64,000 nt of DNA from the NCBI GenBank assembly GCA_009692425.1, contig SHZF01000009.1:48214-112213 (forward strand), in the 5' to 3' direction. This DNA comes from Myxococcales bacterium. GTDB lineage: Bacteria > Myxococcota_A > UBA9042. This document shows, one piece after another, positions 26,911-36,583 of this stretch. A program made the translations under genes and the position numbers. Each line of letters opens with the position of its first letter. Position 1 is the first letter of the stretch. The notes beneath the pieces were generated by a model. That model was not told the origin of the DNA. It saw only the letters and a program-made list of their open reading frames with translations, and did not search any database.

Positions 26911-29900
26911 CTACGGCCCACAACCCGTCGTGGGCACGCATTTGCCGGGGAGCGCACAGGTACCTGCACACGCCGCCGTGCTGCACGTCGACGCAGCGGG
27001 CAGGGGCACGTAGAAGCAATCGCCGAAAGCGCACTGGTCCTTCGTGCACGCATTGCCGTCGCTGCACGTGGGCGCACCCTGGCACGAACCGCCCGCGCAT
27101 GCATCGCCGTTCGTACAGACGTCGCCGTCGTCGCAGGCGAGGCCGACGGCCACTGCGACATGCAGGCAGCCCGCTGGTGGGATGCAGCCGTCCAGCGTGC
27201 AGAGTTGCTTGTCGTCGCACGGCGCGGCCACTCCCGCACACCCCGCCGCCCCGCACGTGTCGCCAACGGTGCACAGGTTGCCGTCGTTGCAAGGTACCCC
27301 GGCTGGGCCCGCTGTTTGCATACACCCGACTTTGCCGCACAGGTCGAGGGTGCACGGGTCGCCATCGCTGCACGCCAGCGCCGCGCCGTGGCAGGGTGCG
27401 CCGAGACCCGGGCAGGCGTCGGGCACCGTGCACGGGTTGCCATCGTCGCAAGCCGTTCCGGTGGGTGCCTCGGGGAACGAGCAGGCACCACTGCCGACGG
27501 CACACAGGTCGAGCGTGCACGGCTTGCCGTCGATGCAGGTCTTGGCCACCCCGCCTCCGCACGTGGCCGTGGGTCCGCACACCTCGCCGCTCGTGCACGC
27601 GCTGCCGTCGGAACAAGGGGCCCCGGGCACCATCGGTTGGGCGGTGCAGCCGAGTTTGGGTGAGCATCCGTCGAGCGTGCAGGCCTCGCCGTCGTTGCAC
27701 AGCGCGGGTCCTCCGGCGACGCAGACACCACCGGCGCACTTGTCGTTTGCCGTGCACGGGTTGCCGTCGTCACATGCCCCAGCCACGGCTGCAGTCACGC
27801 AGCCGCTCGCCGCAGCGCAGCCGTCCGCCGTGCACGTGTTGCCGTCATCGCACACCACGTTGGCGCCAACGCAAATGCCCGCCGCGCATACTTCGCCCAC
27901 GGTGCACCAGGAGCCGTCGTCGCACGGTGCGGCATCGGTCGCCGAGTGCACACAACCCGCGTCTGCGGCGCATGAATCTGCCGTGCATGGGTCTCCGTCG
28001 CTGCACACCGCGGCCACTCCGAGGCACACGCCGCCCTTGCACTTGTCGCCGTTCGTGCACAGCTTGCCGTCGCTGCACGGGCCGCCGTCTGGCGCGGGTG
28101 TCGCCGCGCACTTGCCGGTGGCGAACGCGCACGAGGCGACCATGCAGCCGTCGCTCGTCGGACAGGCTACGACGGTGGTCGGGTCGAGCGTGCACTTGGT
28201 CCCGCTGCAGACGAGCGTGCCGTTGCACGCATCGCCGTCCTCGAACTTCGCGCAGTCCCCGTCGCCCTTGCAGTTGCACGCGTTCGTGGCGCCGACGCAC
28301 TTGCCACCTTGGCACGCGTCGTTCGGTGTACACGGGTTGGCGTCGTCACACGGGCCCAGTTGGGCGACGTGCGCACAACTGCCGTCGGCCTGGCAGGAGT
28401 CGACGGTGCACGGCTCGCCGTCGCCGCAATCGACCGGGAGGCCCGGCGCGCAGACCTTGGCCTTGCACGCGTCGTGGGTCGTGCAGGCATTGCCATCGTT
28501 GCAGGGGTCGCCGTTTGCCAGCGCAATGCAAGCTCCCGCCGCGCCGCACGCGTCCTGCGTGCACGGGTTGCCGTCGTTGCAAGTGAGCGGTGTGCCGCGG
28601 CAGGCCGTTGCGGTACATGCGTCTGCCAGGGTGCACGGGTTGCCGTCGGAGCACGGACCGGCCCCGGCCGCATGGCCGCACACGCCTGCCAGGCCGCTGC
28701 ACGAATCGATGGTGCAGGCGTTGCCATCGTTGCAGGCCTTCGCCGTCTCAGGCACGCACGCCCCACCTTGGCACGTGTCTCCCTCGGTGCAACCTGCGCC
28801 ATCGTCACACGGAGCCGCCGTGGCGACGTGCACGCAACCCGTCGCTGCCTCGCACAAGTCCAGCGTACACGGGTTGCCGTCCCCGCAGCCCACGCTCGCT
28901 CCTTTGCACAGGCCGCCGGCACAGGCGCCGCCTTGCGTGCACGCGTCGCTGTCCTCGCAGGCAGCGCCGTCCGTAGCCAGCTTCGAGGTGCACGTGCCCG
29001 CTGGGGCCTGACACTGTGCGACGGTGCAAGCCGGGCCGGCCGGGCACACCTTGGGGGCGGCTGCCAGACAGACTCCGCCGCTGCACGCATCTCCCCACGT
29101 GCACGCGTTGCCGTCGTCGCACGGGGGGCCGGTCGCCGCGACATGCACGCAGCCCTGCTTCGGGTGGCACGCGTCCCAGGTGCACGCCTTGCCGTCGCTG
29201 CACGCTGTGCCGGCGCCAGTGCACGTGCCGCCAACGCAGACGTCGGCCTGCGTACACACGTTGCCGTCGTTGCACGTCGCTGCGCCCACGAGCGCCACGT
29301 GGCCGCACTTGCCCGTGTCGGGGTCGCACGCATCGGCCGTGCAAGGGGCGCCATCGTCGCAGGCCACTTGGGAGCCCGCTTTGCACATGCCCTGGGCGCA
29401 CACGGCACCGACGCTGCACAGGTTGGCACCGGCCACGCACGCCACGCTGTCGAGCACGGTTGCCGTGCACCCGGTGGCGGGCACACAGGCGTCGACGGTG
29501 CAACTGTTGCCGTCGCTGCAACCCTTCATCGCTCCTGGCGCGCACTTCTGCTGCAGGCAGATGTCGTTCTCGGTGCACTTGTCGCCGTCGTTGCACACGC
29601 TGCCGTTCGGCAGGGTCTGGTGGGTGCAGCCGCCGGGACCGGAGCCGCACGCGTCTGCCGTGCATGGGTCCGCATCGGCGCAGAGGCCCTCGTCGGTCTG
29701 GTCGTCGCAGTCGTCGTCGAAGCCGTTGCAGGTCTCGCTCGCCGGTGCCGGCGCATCGCAGGCCGACAGCCCCGCCAGCGTGCACTGCCGCTGGCCGATG
29801 CAACTCGCGCCGCCAAGCTTGCCCCCATCGTTCTGGCACGGCGTGGTCAGTGCCCGGGCGACCGCGAACGGCGAGCACGGGCAGATACCGAGCAGTTGTG

Positions 29901-30564
29901 TGACGGGGTCCGCCGGCCCGGGCAGGGGTACGCACTGCGGCCGCACGTCGCCCTCTGTCGTAGGGCGTTCAAGACAGGCGAAATCGGTCGGGCAGTCGGC
30001 ATCGGCCGCGCAGGCTACACCGCAGAACCAACCGATCGGCCCGTGGTCGACACACGTCGCGTCCGCAGCACCGGGGCCGACGCACTCCGACGACTGCGTG
30101 CATGGGTTGCACAGCCGAAAGGTTCGCACGACGCACGCTTGCGCCGTCGTGCCGGGGCGCGCTGCGCAGGAGAGCCCGGGCGCACACTGCCCGTCGGGGC
30201 CACACGTCGGCGCGCACGCCCACGTCGCACCGTCATCCAGGCACGTCTTGCTGGCGCATTCGGCATCGGCGCTGCAGGCGCAGCCACCGGCACCGGGGCA
30301 CACGGCGACGGGCGTGACCTCGACCGGCACGTCGGGCGACACCTCGGTGGCGACTTCGATGCGTGCGGGCGTGTCGGCTGGGGCCGGCGCGTCCTGTACG
30401 GCGCGCACGTCCGGTCGGTCCCACCGCGCCGGCGCCCGCTGCGTCGGCTCCGGCGGGTCGCCGCACGCGATCAGCCCTGCCAGGCACGCGAACCGAGCCA
30501 GCCCGCCACGCCCGGGTCCACGGCACCACATCTGCCCCACGCAGCCACCTCGTCCGCACAGCAT
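26911..30564 (-). CDS. giant cysteine-rich repeat lipoprotein (about 33 C-x-D-G-N-x-C-T-x-D-x-C modules)
   Basis: ATG 30564, leader ending in lipobox LIAC. 1217 aa made almost entirely of alternating ~22-25-aa Cys modules such as CNDGNPCTQDACGAAGACIALANGDP and CNDGNACTTHDACKAKVCAPGLPVD. All other frames are open only because of the repeat composition. Confidence 0.85.
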   Translation of the reverse strand: MLCGRGGCVGQMWCRGPGRGGLARFACLAGLIACGDPPEPTQRAPARWDRPDVRAVQDAPAPADTPARIEVATEVSPDVPVEVTPVAVCPGAGGCACSADAECASKTCLDDGATWACAPTCGPDGQCAPGLSCAARPGTTAQACVVRTFRLCNPCTQSSECVGPGAADATCVDHGPIGWFCGVACAADADCPTDFACLERPTTEGDVRPQCVPLPGPADPVTQLLGICPCSPFAVARALTTPCQNDGGKLGGASCIGQRQCTLAGLSACDAPAPASETCNGFDDDCDDQTDEGLCADADPCTADACGSGPGGCTHQTLPNGSVCNDGDKCTENDICLQQKCAPGAMKGCSDGNSCTVDACVPATGCTATVLDSVACVAGANLCSVGAVCAQGMCKAGSQVACDDGAPCTADACDPDTGKCGHVALVGAATCNDGNVCTQADVCVGGTCTGAGTACSDGKACTWDACHPKQGCVHVAATGPPCDDGNACTWGDACSGGVCLAAAPKVCPAGPACTVAQCQAPAGTCTSKLATDGAACEDSDACTQGGACAGGLCKGASVGCGDGNPCTLDLCEAATGCVHVATAAPCDDGAGCTEGDTCQGGACVPETAKACNDGNACTIDSCSGLAGVCGHAAGAGPCSDGNPCTLADACTATACRGTPLTCNDGNPCTQDACGAAGACIALANGDPCNDGNACTTHDACKAKVCAPGLPVDCGDGEPCTVDSCQADGSCAHVAQLGPCDDANPCTPNDACQGGKCVGATNACNCKGDGDCAKFEDGDACNGTLVCSGTKCTLDPTTVVACPTSDGCMVASCAFATGKCAATPAPDGGPCSDGKLCTNGDKCKGGVCLGVAAVCSDGDPCTADSCAADAGCVHSATDAAPCDDGSWCTVGEVCAAGICVGANVVCDDGNTCTADGCAAASGCVTAAVAGACDDGNPCTANDKCAGGVCVAGGPALCNDGEACTLDGCSPKLGCTAQPMVPGAPCSDGSACTSGEVCGPTATCGGGVAKTCIDGKPCTLDLCAVGSGACSFPEAPTGTACDDGNPCTVPDACPGLGAPCHGAALACSDGDPCTLDLCGKVGCMQTAGPAGVPCNDGNLCTVGDTCGAAGCAGVAAPCDDKQLCTLDGCIPPAGCLHVAVAVGLACDDGDVCTNGDACAGGSCQGAPTCSDGNACTKDQCAFGDCFYVPLPAASTCSTAACAGTCALPGKCVPTTGCGP

Positions 30565-30645
30565 CACCAGCCCGAGCGCTCAGTCAAGCTTGCGCGCAAT
30601 GACCGACGTTGCGTAGCATAGCGGCGCCCGGTCGCGGACACGCCC

Positions 30646-31434
30646 ATGCCGACCCCCCATCGACTCCTCGAAATCGTTGCCATCGCGGCGTTCGCGCTGC
30701 TCGACGTTGGCCTCATGGCCCGCGTCGCCGTAGCCGCCACCACGACGGCCTCCTGGTGCCTCGTCGCGGTCGCCGTCCTCACGGCCTACCTCGTTGCCGA
30801 TTTTGCGTCGGGCTTCGTGCACTGGATGTTCGACCGCTACTTCAGCGTGCGCACCGCGATCGTCGGCGAGAACTTCGTCAAGCCGTTTCGCGAGCATCAC
30901 GTCGACCCCAAGGGCATCTGTCGGCACGACTTCGTCGAGACGAACGGCAACAACTGCATCGGCACTGTGCCGATCCTGGCCGCGGTACACCTGCTGCCCC
31001 TGCCGCCCGACGACTGGCTTTGGTTGTGCGTGGCCGCCGGCACCGCGGCGATGATGATCTTCGTGTTCTGCACCAACCAGTTCCACGCCTGGGCCCACGC
31101 CACCCGCCTGCCGTGGTACATCGCCCGGCTCCAGGGCGCGTGGCTGATCTTGAACAAGCGTCACCACGACATCCACCACACGGCGCCTTTCGATCGCTAC
31201 TACTGCATTACTACAGGGTGGCTGAATCCGCTGCTGCACCGCGTGCGGTTTTTCCCGCTCACGGAGCGGCTGATCTTTCAACTGACCGGAGTGCGCGCAG
31301 GTCGCGACGACGCCGCCTATGCTGGACTCGACCCCGCACTGTACGCTGCGGCGCTGCGGCGCGCCGAGGTCGAAGAGGCCGAAGAGGCCTTGGGGCGCGA
31401 AATCCCGGTCGGAGACGGCAAGGCGCCTCAGTGA
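30646..31434 (+). CDS. carF: CarF / TMEM189 (Kua-domain) family lipid desaturase, probable plasmanylethanolamine desaturase
   Basis: Polytopic protein with His boxes FVHWMFD, FREHHVDP, RHDFVETNG, NQFHAWAH and KRHHDIHHTAPFDRYYCITTGWLN. Confidence 0.85.
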   Translation: MPTPHRLLEIVAIAAFALLDVGLMARVAVAATTTASWCLVAVAVLTAYLVADFASGFVHWMFDRYFSVRTAIVGENFVKPFREHHVDPKGICRHDFVETNGNNCIGTVPILAAVHLLPLPPDDWLWLCVAAGTAAMMIFVFCTNQFHAWAHATRLPWYIARLQGAWLILNKRHHDIHHTAPFDRYYCITTGWLNPLLHRVRFFPLTERLIFQLTGVRAGRDDAAYAGLDPALYAAALRRAEVEEAEEALGREIPVGDGKAPQ

Positions 31435-32840
31435 GCCCGCTGCGCCCCTGGTCGGCTGCGCGTACGGCGGCGCGCGTCCCCTTGGCGCGCCTTGCCCTGC
31501 TCGCGAGTCCCGGCCACCCGAGCCCGTTGGCTGCAGCCGCGACGCCGGCGGAAGTGGAGCGCGTGCTCGGTGCGACGGCTGCGGTGACCGCGCGCGGCGG
31601 ACCGGCGCAGGTCGAGATACAGCTCGGCCACTTCTGCAACAATCGCTGCGTGTTCTGCGCGTCGGGTCAACTCACGGAGCAGGGCCGCGCCCAGCCGGTG
31701 CCCGAACTGCAGGTCGTTCGCGCGCTCGAGGCCGCTGCCGCCAACGGCGTGCGGCGCCTGACACTGCTGGGAGGCGAGCCGACCATCCAGGATGCGTTCC
31801 TGCCCAGCCTGCGGCGCGCCGTCGAACTCGGATTCGCCGACATCACGATCTTCACGAACGGCACCCGCACGGCCGATGCGCGCTTCGTCGATGCCGTCGC
31901 AAGCCTTGGCTCGTTCACCTGGCGCATCTCCATCCAAGGCGCGACGGAAGCGGCCCACGATGTGGCAGTTGGCCGGCGCGGCGCATTCCAGCGCATCGTC
32001 GCGGGTCTCGCATTGCTGCAGGCGCGCCATCAGCGCGTCACGGTCAACATGTGCCTGACGACGCACGCCTTGGCGACGCTCGGCGCTCTCCCGGCGCTTT
32101 TGCTCGGCCGCGGCGTCGGCCAGTTGTGCATCGACATGGTGCGCCCGGTCAGCGCCGGCGAGCGCACCGATGCCGAACTGAAGGCGATGATGCCGACTTT
32201 TGCCGCCGCCGGCCGTGCGCTGCGAGCGATGCTGGCAGAACTCGATGCGCGCGCCCCGGATTTCGACCTCAACCTGACACATCTGCCTTTCTGCGCGCTG
32301 CCCGAAGCCGCCCCGCGCATCCGCCACGGCGGCGACGCGACCGTGACGTTTACGGCCGACCTCGACGAGCGGCAGGGCGTGATGGACAAGTACGCGTTTC
32401 AGCAGACCGACCGGCGCAAGCTCCCGGAGTGTGCGGGTTGCGTCTTCTTTGCCAACTGTTCCGGTGTGCCTCACGCGTACGCCGCCTGGCATGGCGCCGC
32501 GAGCGTCCGTCCCGTGACGATGGCCGAAGTCGTTGCGGCGGACCCCACCGGCCGCGCCCTCTCCGTCGCGGGCGACCAGGCTTCGGCCGAGTGGCAGCAG
32601 GCGCGCGCCTGGGTCGACCGCATTGTGCGCGTAGCCCGCCGTGGCGGTGCGCGGGTCGGCTGGCGCGGTGCGCTGGTCCGCATCGAACTGCGCGAAGGTA
32701 CGCTGGAGTTGTGGCCGCGTACCGAGCCCGGCATCGCGATTGGAGCCCGGGCCGTAGCGCCGCAAGCCTGGGATGCAACCACGCTGCGCGCCGTGAACGC
32801 GCGACTGGCCGCCGTGATCAAGGCCACCCGACGCGGCTGA
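31431..32840 (+). CDS. radical SAM enzyme with C-terminal SPASM/twitch-like Cys cluster
   Basis: CNNRCVFC (CxxxCxxC), LTLLGGEPT, IFTNGT, C-terminal PECAGCVFFANCSG. Start is either GTG 31431 (GTGA overlap with the carF stop) or GTG 31554/31563. Confidence 0.8.
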   Translation: MSPLRPWSAARTAARVPLARLALLASPGHPSPLAAAATPAEVERVLGATAAVTARGGPAQVEIQLGHFCNNRCVFCASGQLTEQGRAQPVPELQVVRALEAAAANGVRRLTLLGGEPTIQDAFLPSLRRAVELGFADITIFTNGTRTADARFVDAVASLGSFTWRISIQGATEAAHDVAVGRRGAFQRIVAGLALLQARHQRVTVNMCLTTHALATLGALPALLLGRGVGQLCIDMVRPVSAGERTDAELKAMMPTFAAAGRALRAMLAELDARAPDFDLNLTHLPFCALPEAAPRIRHGGDATVTFTADLDERQGVMDKYAFQQTDRRKLPECAGCVFFANCSGVPHAYAAWHGAASVRPVTMAEVVAADPTGRALSVAGDQASAEWQQARAWVDRIVRVARRGGARVGWRGALVRIELREGTLELWPRTEPGIAIGARAVAPQAWDATTLRAVNARLAAVIKATRRG

Positions 32841-32873
32841 TCGGACCTGCGCCCGGCCGATCCCTTCGACGCC

Positions 32874-34394
32874 TCAACCCAACGCGAAAAACTCGCGAAT
32901 GCGCGCGAGCAGCACTCCCGATGCCGCGTTCACGTCGTGCTTGGCGTCGGCCTTGGCCGCTCCCGACTGGCGCGCAGCCAACGCCGCCTGGCGCGCGGCG
33001 AGGATGGCGCTGATTTTCTCCGCCACCTCCGGCGCTTCCGCAAGAATTTCGCGAAAGGACGTCTTGTTCACAACCAGCAGCGCACAGTCCTGCGTGGCGC
33101 GAATCGTCGCGGCGCGCCGCTCCCCGGTCATCAGCGACATCTCGCCGAAGAACTTGCCCTTGGCGAGCCGCGCGACCTCGATCTGGGCCCCGTCGGCCCC
33201 ACCCGGCACGAGCACCGCGACCTCGCCGTGCTCGATGATAAACAGTTCTTCGCCCGAATCGCCCTTGCGCAGCACCGTCTCGCCCGGCGCGAACCGCCGG
33301 GTGAACAGGCGCTCGGCCAGTTGCTGCACGCGCTCGTCAGGGAAGGCGTCGAGCAGGTCGACTCCCCGCAGGTCCTGTACGCGCCGCCGCAGCCGTTCGG
33401 CGTGCAGTTCGGCCTCCGTCGCGTCGTGGACCTGGTGCATCCGCACTTCGCGCTGGGGCAACGGAATCGGGATGCCCGCGCGCCGAAAGCCGTACCAGAT
33501 ACGCTCGCGGATGTTGCTGTCGGCCGGGTACACCTCGCCCGGGTTGTCGAGCCAGTAGCGCAACACGTACGTCACGCCATCGGACGAAAACGCCTGGATC
33601 GAGACGCTCGCCGCAGGCACCGCAACCGTGCACGGCGTATCGACGACGCAGGCGAGGATCACTTCCTTGATGTGTTCGGGCGAGTACGAGTACGGCGCCT
33701 GCACCAGGATCTGACGGCGCAACAGCTTGGTCGGGCGAGAAAAGTTGCGGATCGACGCCTTGGCCATCACGCCGTTCGGCACGATGATCTCGAACTGGTC
33801 GTTCGACAGCAGCTTCGTGGCGCGCCAGTTGATCTCGGTCACCTTGCCCAAGGGCTCGCTCGAATCGCTCAGTTGCAGCCAGTCGCCGACTTCGAACGGC
33901 TGCTGGGCCTGGATCGACAACCCTGAGAAAACGTTGCCGAGCGTGTCTTGGAGCGACAGGCCGATGACGGCGGTCAGCAACGCCGATGTCGTGAGCAGGG
34001 AACCCGGTTCCACCCCGCCTTCGCGCAGCACGGCCAGGCCAACCACGAACCACACGATCGACGAGCCGATGTCGCGGAAGATCTTGGGTACCGCGCCCGT
34101 GCGCCGCCGCGCCAGGATCGCATCGAGTACAAGCGTGAGCAGCCCGAGGCCGATCGTGGCCCCGAGCAGCGCCGTCGCGAGGAATTGCAAGGCGCGCGCC
34201 AAGGCCGGTGGCTCCAGCACGTAGGCCCGCACCAGCGCCACGAACACGAATGCCAGGAACAACGCGAGGGGGCCGAACAACTTGCGGCGGTCGGAGCGCC
34301 GCAGCAGCAGCAGCAACAGGCCCGTGATGACGGCCGCCACCAAGGGGCCCAGGTCGGTCTGCAAGGGGCCGAGTCGATTGAGCAGGTCCTGCAT
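32874..34394 (-). CDS. MscS-family mechanosensitive channel with C-terminal cyclic-nucleotide-binding domain
   Basis: LTAVIGLSLQDTLGNVFSGLSIQAQQPFEVGDW...VTEINWRATKL is the MscS core. RKGDSGEELFIIEHGEVAV...FFGEMSLMTGERRAATIRA is the cNMP-binding motif. Confidence 0.9.
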   Translation of the reverse strand: MQDLLNRLGPLQTDLGPLVAAVITGLLLLLLRRSDRRKLFGPLALFLAFVFVALVRAYVLEPPALARALQFLATALLGATIGLGLLTLVLDAILARRRTGAVPKIFRDIGSSIVWFVVGLAVLREGGVEPGSLLTTSALLTAVIGLSLQDTLGNVFSGLSIQAQQPFEVGDWLQLSDSSEPLGKVTEINWRATKLLSNDQFEIIVPNGVMAKASIRNFSRPTKLLRRQILVQAPYSYSPEHIKEVILACVVDTPCTVAVPAASVSIQAFSSDGVTYVLRYWLDNPGEVYPADSNIRERIWYGFRRAGIPIPLPQREVRMHQVHDATEAELHAERLRRRVQDLRGVDLLDAFPDERVQQLAERLFTRRFAPGETVLRKGDSGEELFIIEHGEVAVLVPGGADGAQIEVARLAKGKFFGEMSLMTGERRAATIRATQDCALLVVNKTSFREILAEAPEVAEKISAILAARQAALAARQSGAAKADAKHDVNAASGVLLARIREFFALG

Positions 34395-34509
34395 GGGTCG
34401 AACACGTCAAGTGGTGAAGGGGTACGGTGCGCGCTACGATGCGCCGCCTGGACAATGGCGCAGCACGCCACCGGCCACGGGGGCACCCAGGCGGGTCAGA
34501 TAGGGGGCG

Positions 34510-34869
34510 ATGGTGCCGTTCTTTGCGTTCAGCGTCGATGCCCGCTCGGGCCTCGGCCCCGTGCATGGCGTCGAGGCCGACTGCATGGTGACCGGGGACG
34601 TCACGGTGTCGTTCCAGTCGGCTGATCGCACGGTGTATTCGCTGCCACGGCGCTGGCTTGTCGAGGTGCGCCAATTCGCCGAGCGTGCCGAAGCGCTGGC
34701 CTGGCTGCGGCGCCATCACCGCGACACGGCCCCGGGGCGCGGCCGCATCGGAGAGGAACGGGTGGCGCGGCGGCCCGGCGGTACCGATCGCGCGGCCGTC
34801 GTCGAAGGCGTGCAGATCGTGCTCGAAGGGTGTGCGCCTGCGAGCGGCAAGGGGCGCGCCGGCTCGTGA
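34510..34869 (+). CDS. hypothetical protein
   Basis: 119-codon ORF with mostly G/C third positions. No motif recognised. Confidence 0.35.
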   Translation: MVPFFAFSVDARSGLGPVHGVEADCMVTGDVTVSFQSADRTVYSLPRRWLVEVRQFAERAEALAWLRRHHRDTAPGRGRIGEERVARRPGGTDRAAVVEGVQIVLEGCAPASGKGRAGS

Positions 34870-35053
34870 TCAGCGGTCAGACCGTTGCCCATTGCGCAAC
34901 GTGGTGGCCGTGCTTTCGTAACGCTTTGCGTTCGGCCCCAACCGGTGGTATCTCGCCGCGCCGCGAAGATCGGAGCCCGGGAATCTCCGTGCCTGATCGC
35001 TACCTGTAGCCACCCCGCGGGCCACCTGCCCGCACAAGAGGATCGACCCGACC

Positions 35054-36442
35054 ATGAAGCGCGATCAAGCCCTCATTTTCATGTTGGCTTTGTTTATCGG
35101 CGGCTACGTTATCGGCCGCGCGACGGCAAAGCAGACGCCTTCTCCCGTTGCCGCACCCGCCGTGGCCTTGCCTGGGGCCACGCCTGCGTCCGTCGCCAGT
35201 GCGAGCCCTGCCATCTCGAGCGAGCCCGCCCCGAGCCCATCGCCCGCGCCACCGCCCGCTCCGGCGTCCGAAGCAAAGCCCGCGCCGTCCGACCCGAACC
35301 AGGTCTGGCGCGCCGTGCTCGACAAGGACAAGGACCCGAAATCGGGCCCCGACACCGCCGACATCAAGATCGTCGTGTTCGCGGCGCTCGGCCAGCCCGA
35401 AGTGGCCGAATTCGCTCCGGCGCTCGTCGAGGCGGAGAAGAAGTACGGCAAGCAGATCCAGATCATCTGGAAGCAGAAGGTGATCCTGCCGCCGCACCCC
35501 GACACGCCGATCGCGGGCGAGGCGATGTTGGCTGCGCACGCACAGGGCAAGTTCCGTCCCTTCTGGGACAAGGTGACGCGCTCGGGCCAGGCCGTCGACC
35601 GCGGCAGCCTCGTATCGATCGCCAAGGAGGTCGGCATCGACATTGGCCGCTTCGAAAAGGACCTCGACACCGGTCGCCACCGCGGGCGTGCTCTCAAGGA
35701 CGGGTTGCTCGCCAACGAGATCGCCGCCCACTCGAATCCGAACATCGCCGTCAACGGCGTGCGGCTGTCGCCGCCCAAGAACTGGGACCACCTGCGCGAG
35801 TTGATCGACGCCCAGATCGAGAAGGCCAAGGGGATGGGCGGCAAGAAGGGTTGGGAGTTGTACGACTCGATCGTCAAGGACGGCAAGCAGTTCGAGCAAA
35901 CCGCCGGCCCCAAGGTCGCGATCGCGCACGACGGCAGTCCGACGTTTGGCAACCCGAACGCCAAGGTGGCGGTCGAGGTGTACGAGGACTTCCAGTGTCC
36001 GTTCTGTTCGAAGCTGGCGCCAAGCATCAAGGAGTTCGCGAAGAAGTTCCCCAACGATGTCAAGATTGTATACAAGCACATGCCCCTGACGAGCATCCAC
36101 GACAAGGCGCAGATGGCGTCGGAGGCGTCGATGGCCGCGCACGCGCAGGGCAAGTTCTGGGAGTACCACGACGTGCTGTACGCCAACCAGCAGGCGCTCG
36201 ACCGTGCGGATCTGGAGCGCTATGCTCAGCAAGTCGGTTTGAACATGGAGCAATTCAAGCGTGACCTGGAGATGGGCACGGGCAAGGACACCATCAAGCG
36301 CGATGCTGCCGAAGGCGAGCGCAACGGCGTCAGCGGTACGCCTGCGGTGTACATGAATGGCTTGAAGTACCAGGGCCCGCGTGGCTATCCGGCGGAAGGA
36401 CTCGAAGCCGTCGCCCGGTCGTACCTGGGGCTCGGCGACTGA
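35054..36442 (+). CDS. membrane-anchored tandem DsbA-like thiol:disulfide oxidoreductase (N-domain lacks CxxC)
   Basis: N-terminal TM ALIFMLALFIGGYVI and a Pro/Ala linker. The second thioredoxin-fold domain has YEDFQCPFCSKL. The first, paralogous domain has QPEV at the equivalent position. Confidence 0.85.
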   Translation: MKRDQALIFMLALFIGGYVIGRATAKQTPSPVAAPAVALPGATPASVASASPAISSEPAPSPSPAPPPAPASEAKPAPSDPNQVWRAVLDKDKDPKSGPDTADIKIVVFAALGQPEVAEFAPALVEAEKKYGKQIQIIWKQKVILPPHPDTPIAGEAMLAAHAQGKFRPFWDKVTRSGQAVDRGSLVSIAKEVGIDIGRFEKDLDTGRHRGRALKDGLLANEIAAHSNPNIAVNGVRLSPPKNWDHLRELIDAQIEKAKGMGGKKGWELYDSIVKDGKQFEQTAGPKVAIAHDGSPTFGNPNAKVAVEVYEDFQCPFCSKLAPSIKEFAKKFPNDVKIVYKHMPLTSIHDKAQMASEASMAAHAQGKFWEYHDVLYANQQALDRADLERYAQQVGLNMEQFKRDLEMGTGKDTIKRDAAEGERNGVSGTPAVYMNGLKYQGPRGYPAEGLEAVARSYLGLGD

Positions 36443-36583
36443 TACCAAGTCCATTGAATTCGGCTCGGTGCTCGCTCGCCGCGTTCTGCGCGATCTTGCG
36501 ATCCGATCGTGCTGGCCTGCGATCCGATTCTGCTGGACTTGGCATGAACCGGCGGCGAGCGGAGAGGGGATGCGGGTTCGCCT

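Noticed and set aside
26141-30621. Very long ORFs in several other frames and on the plus strand across the giant lipoprotein gene (for example 27044..29011, 26454..28586, 28309..30621, 29024..30616, 26141..27757).
   Set aside because: Their translations are periodic mirror images of the Cys-module repeat (such as VHGLPSSH) or Arg/Pro-rich strings. Codons for Cys, Asp, Gly, Asn, Pro and Thr generate no stops on the antisense strand. Only the minus-strand frame with the lipobox and Cys modules is protein-like.
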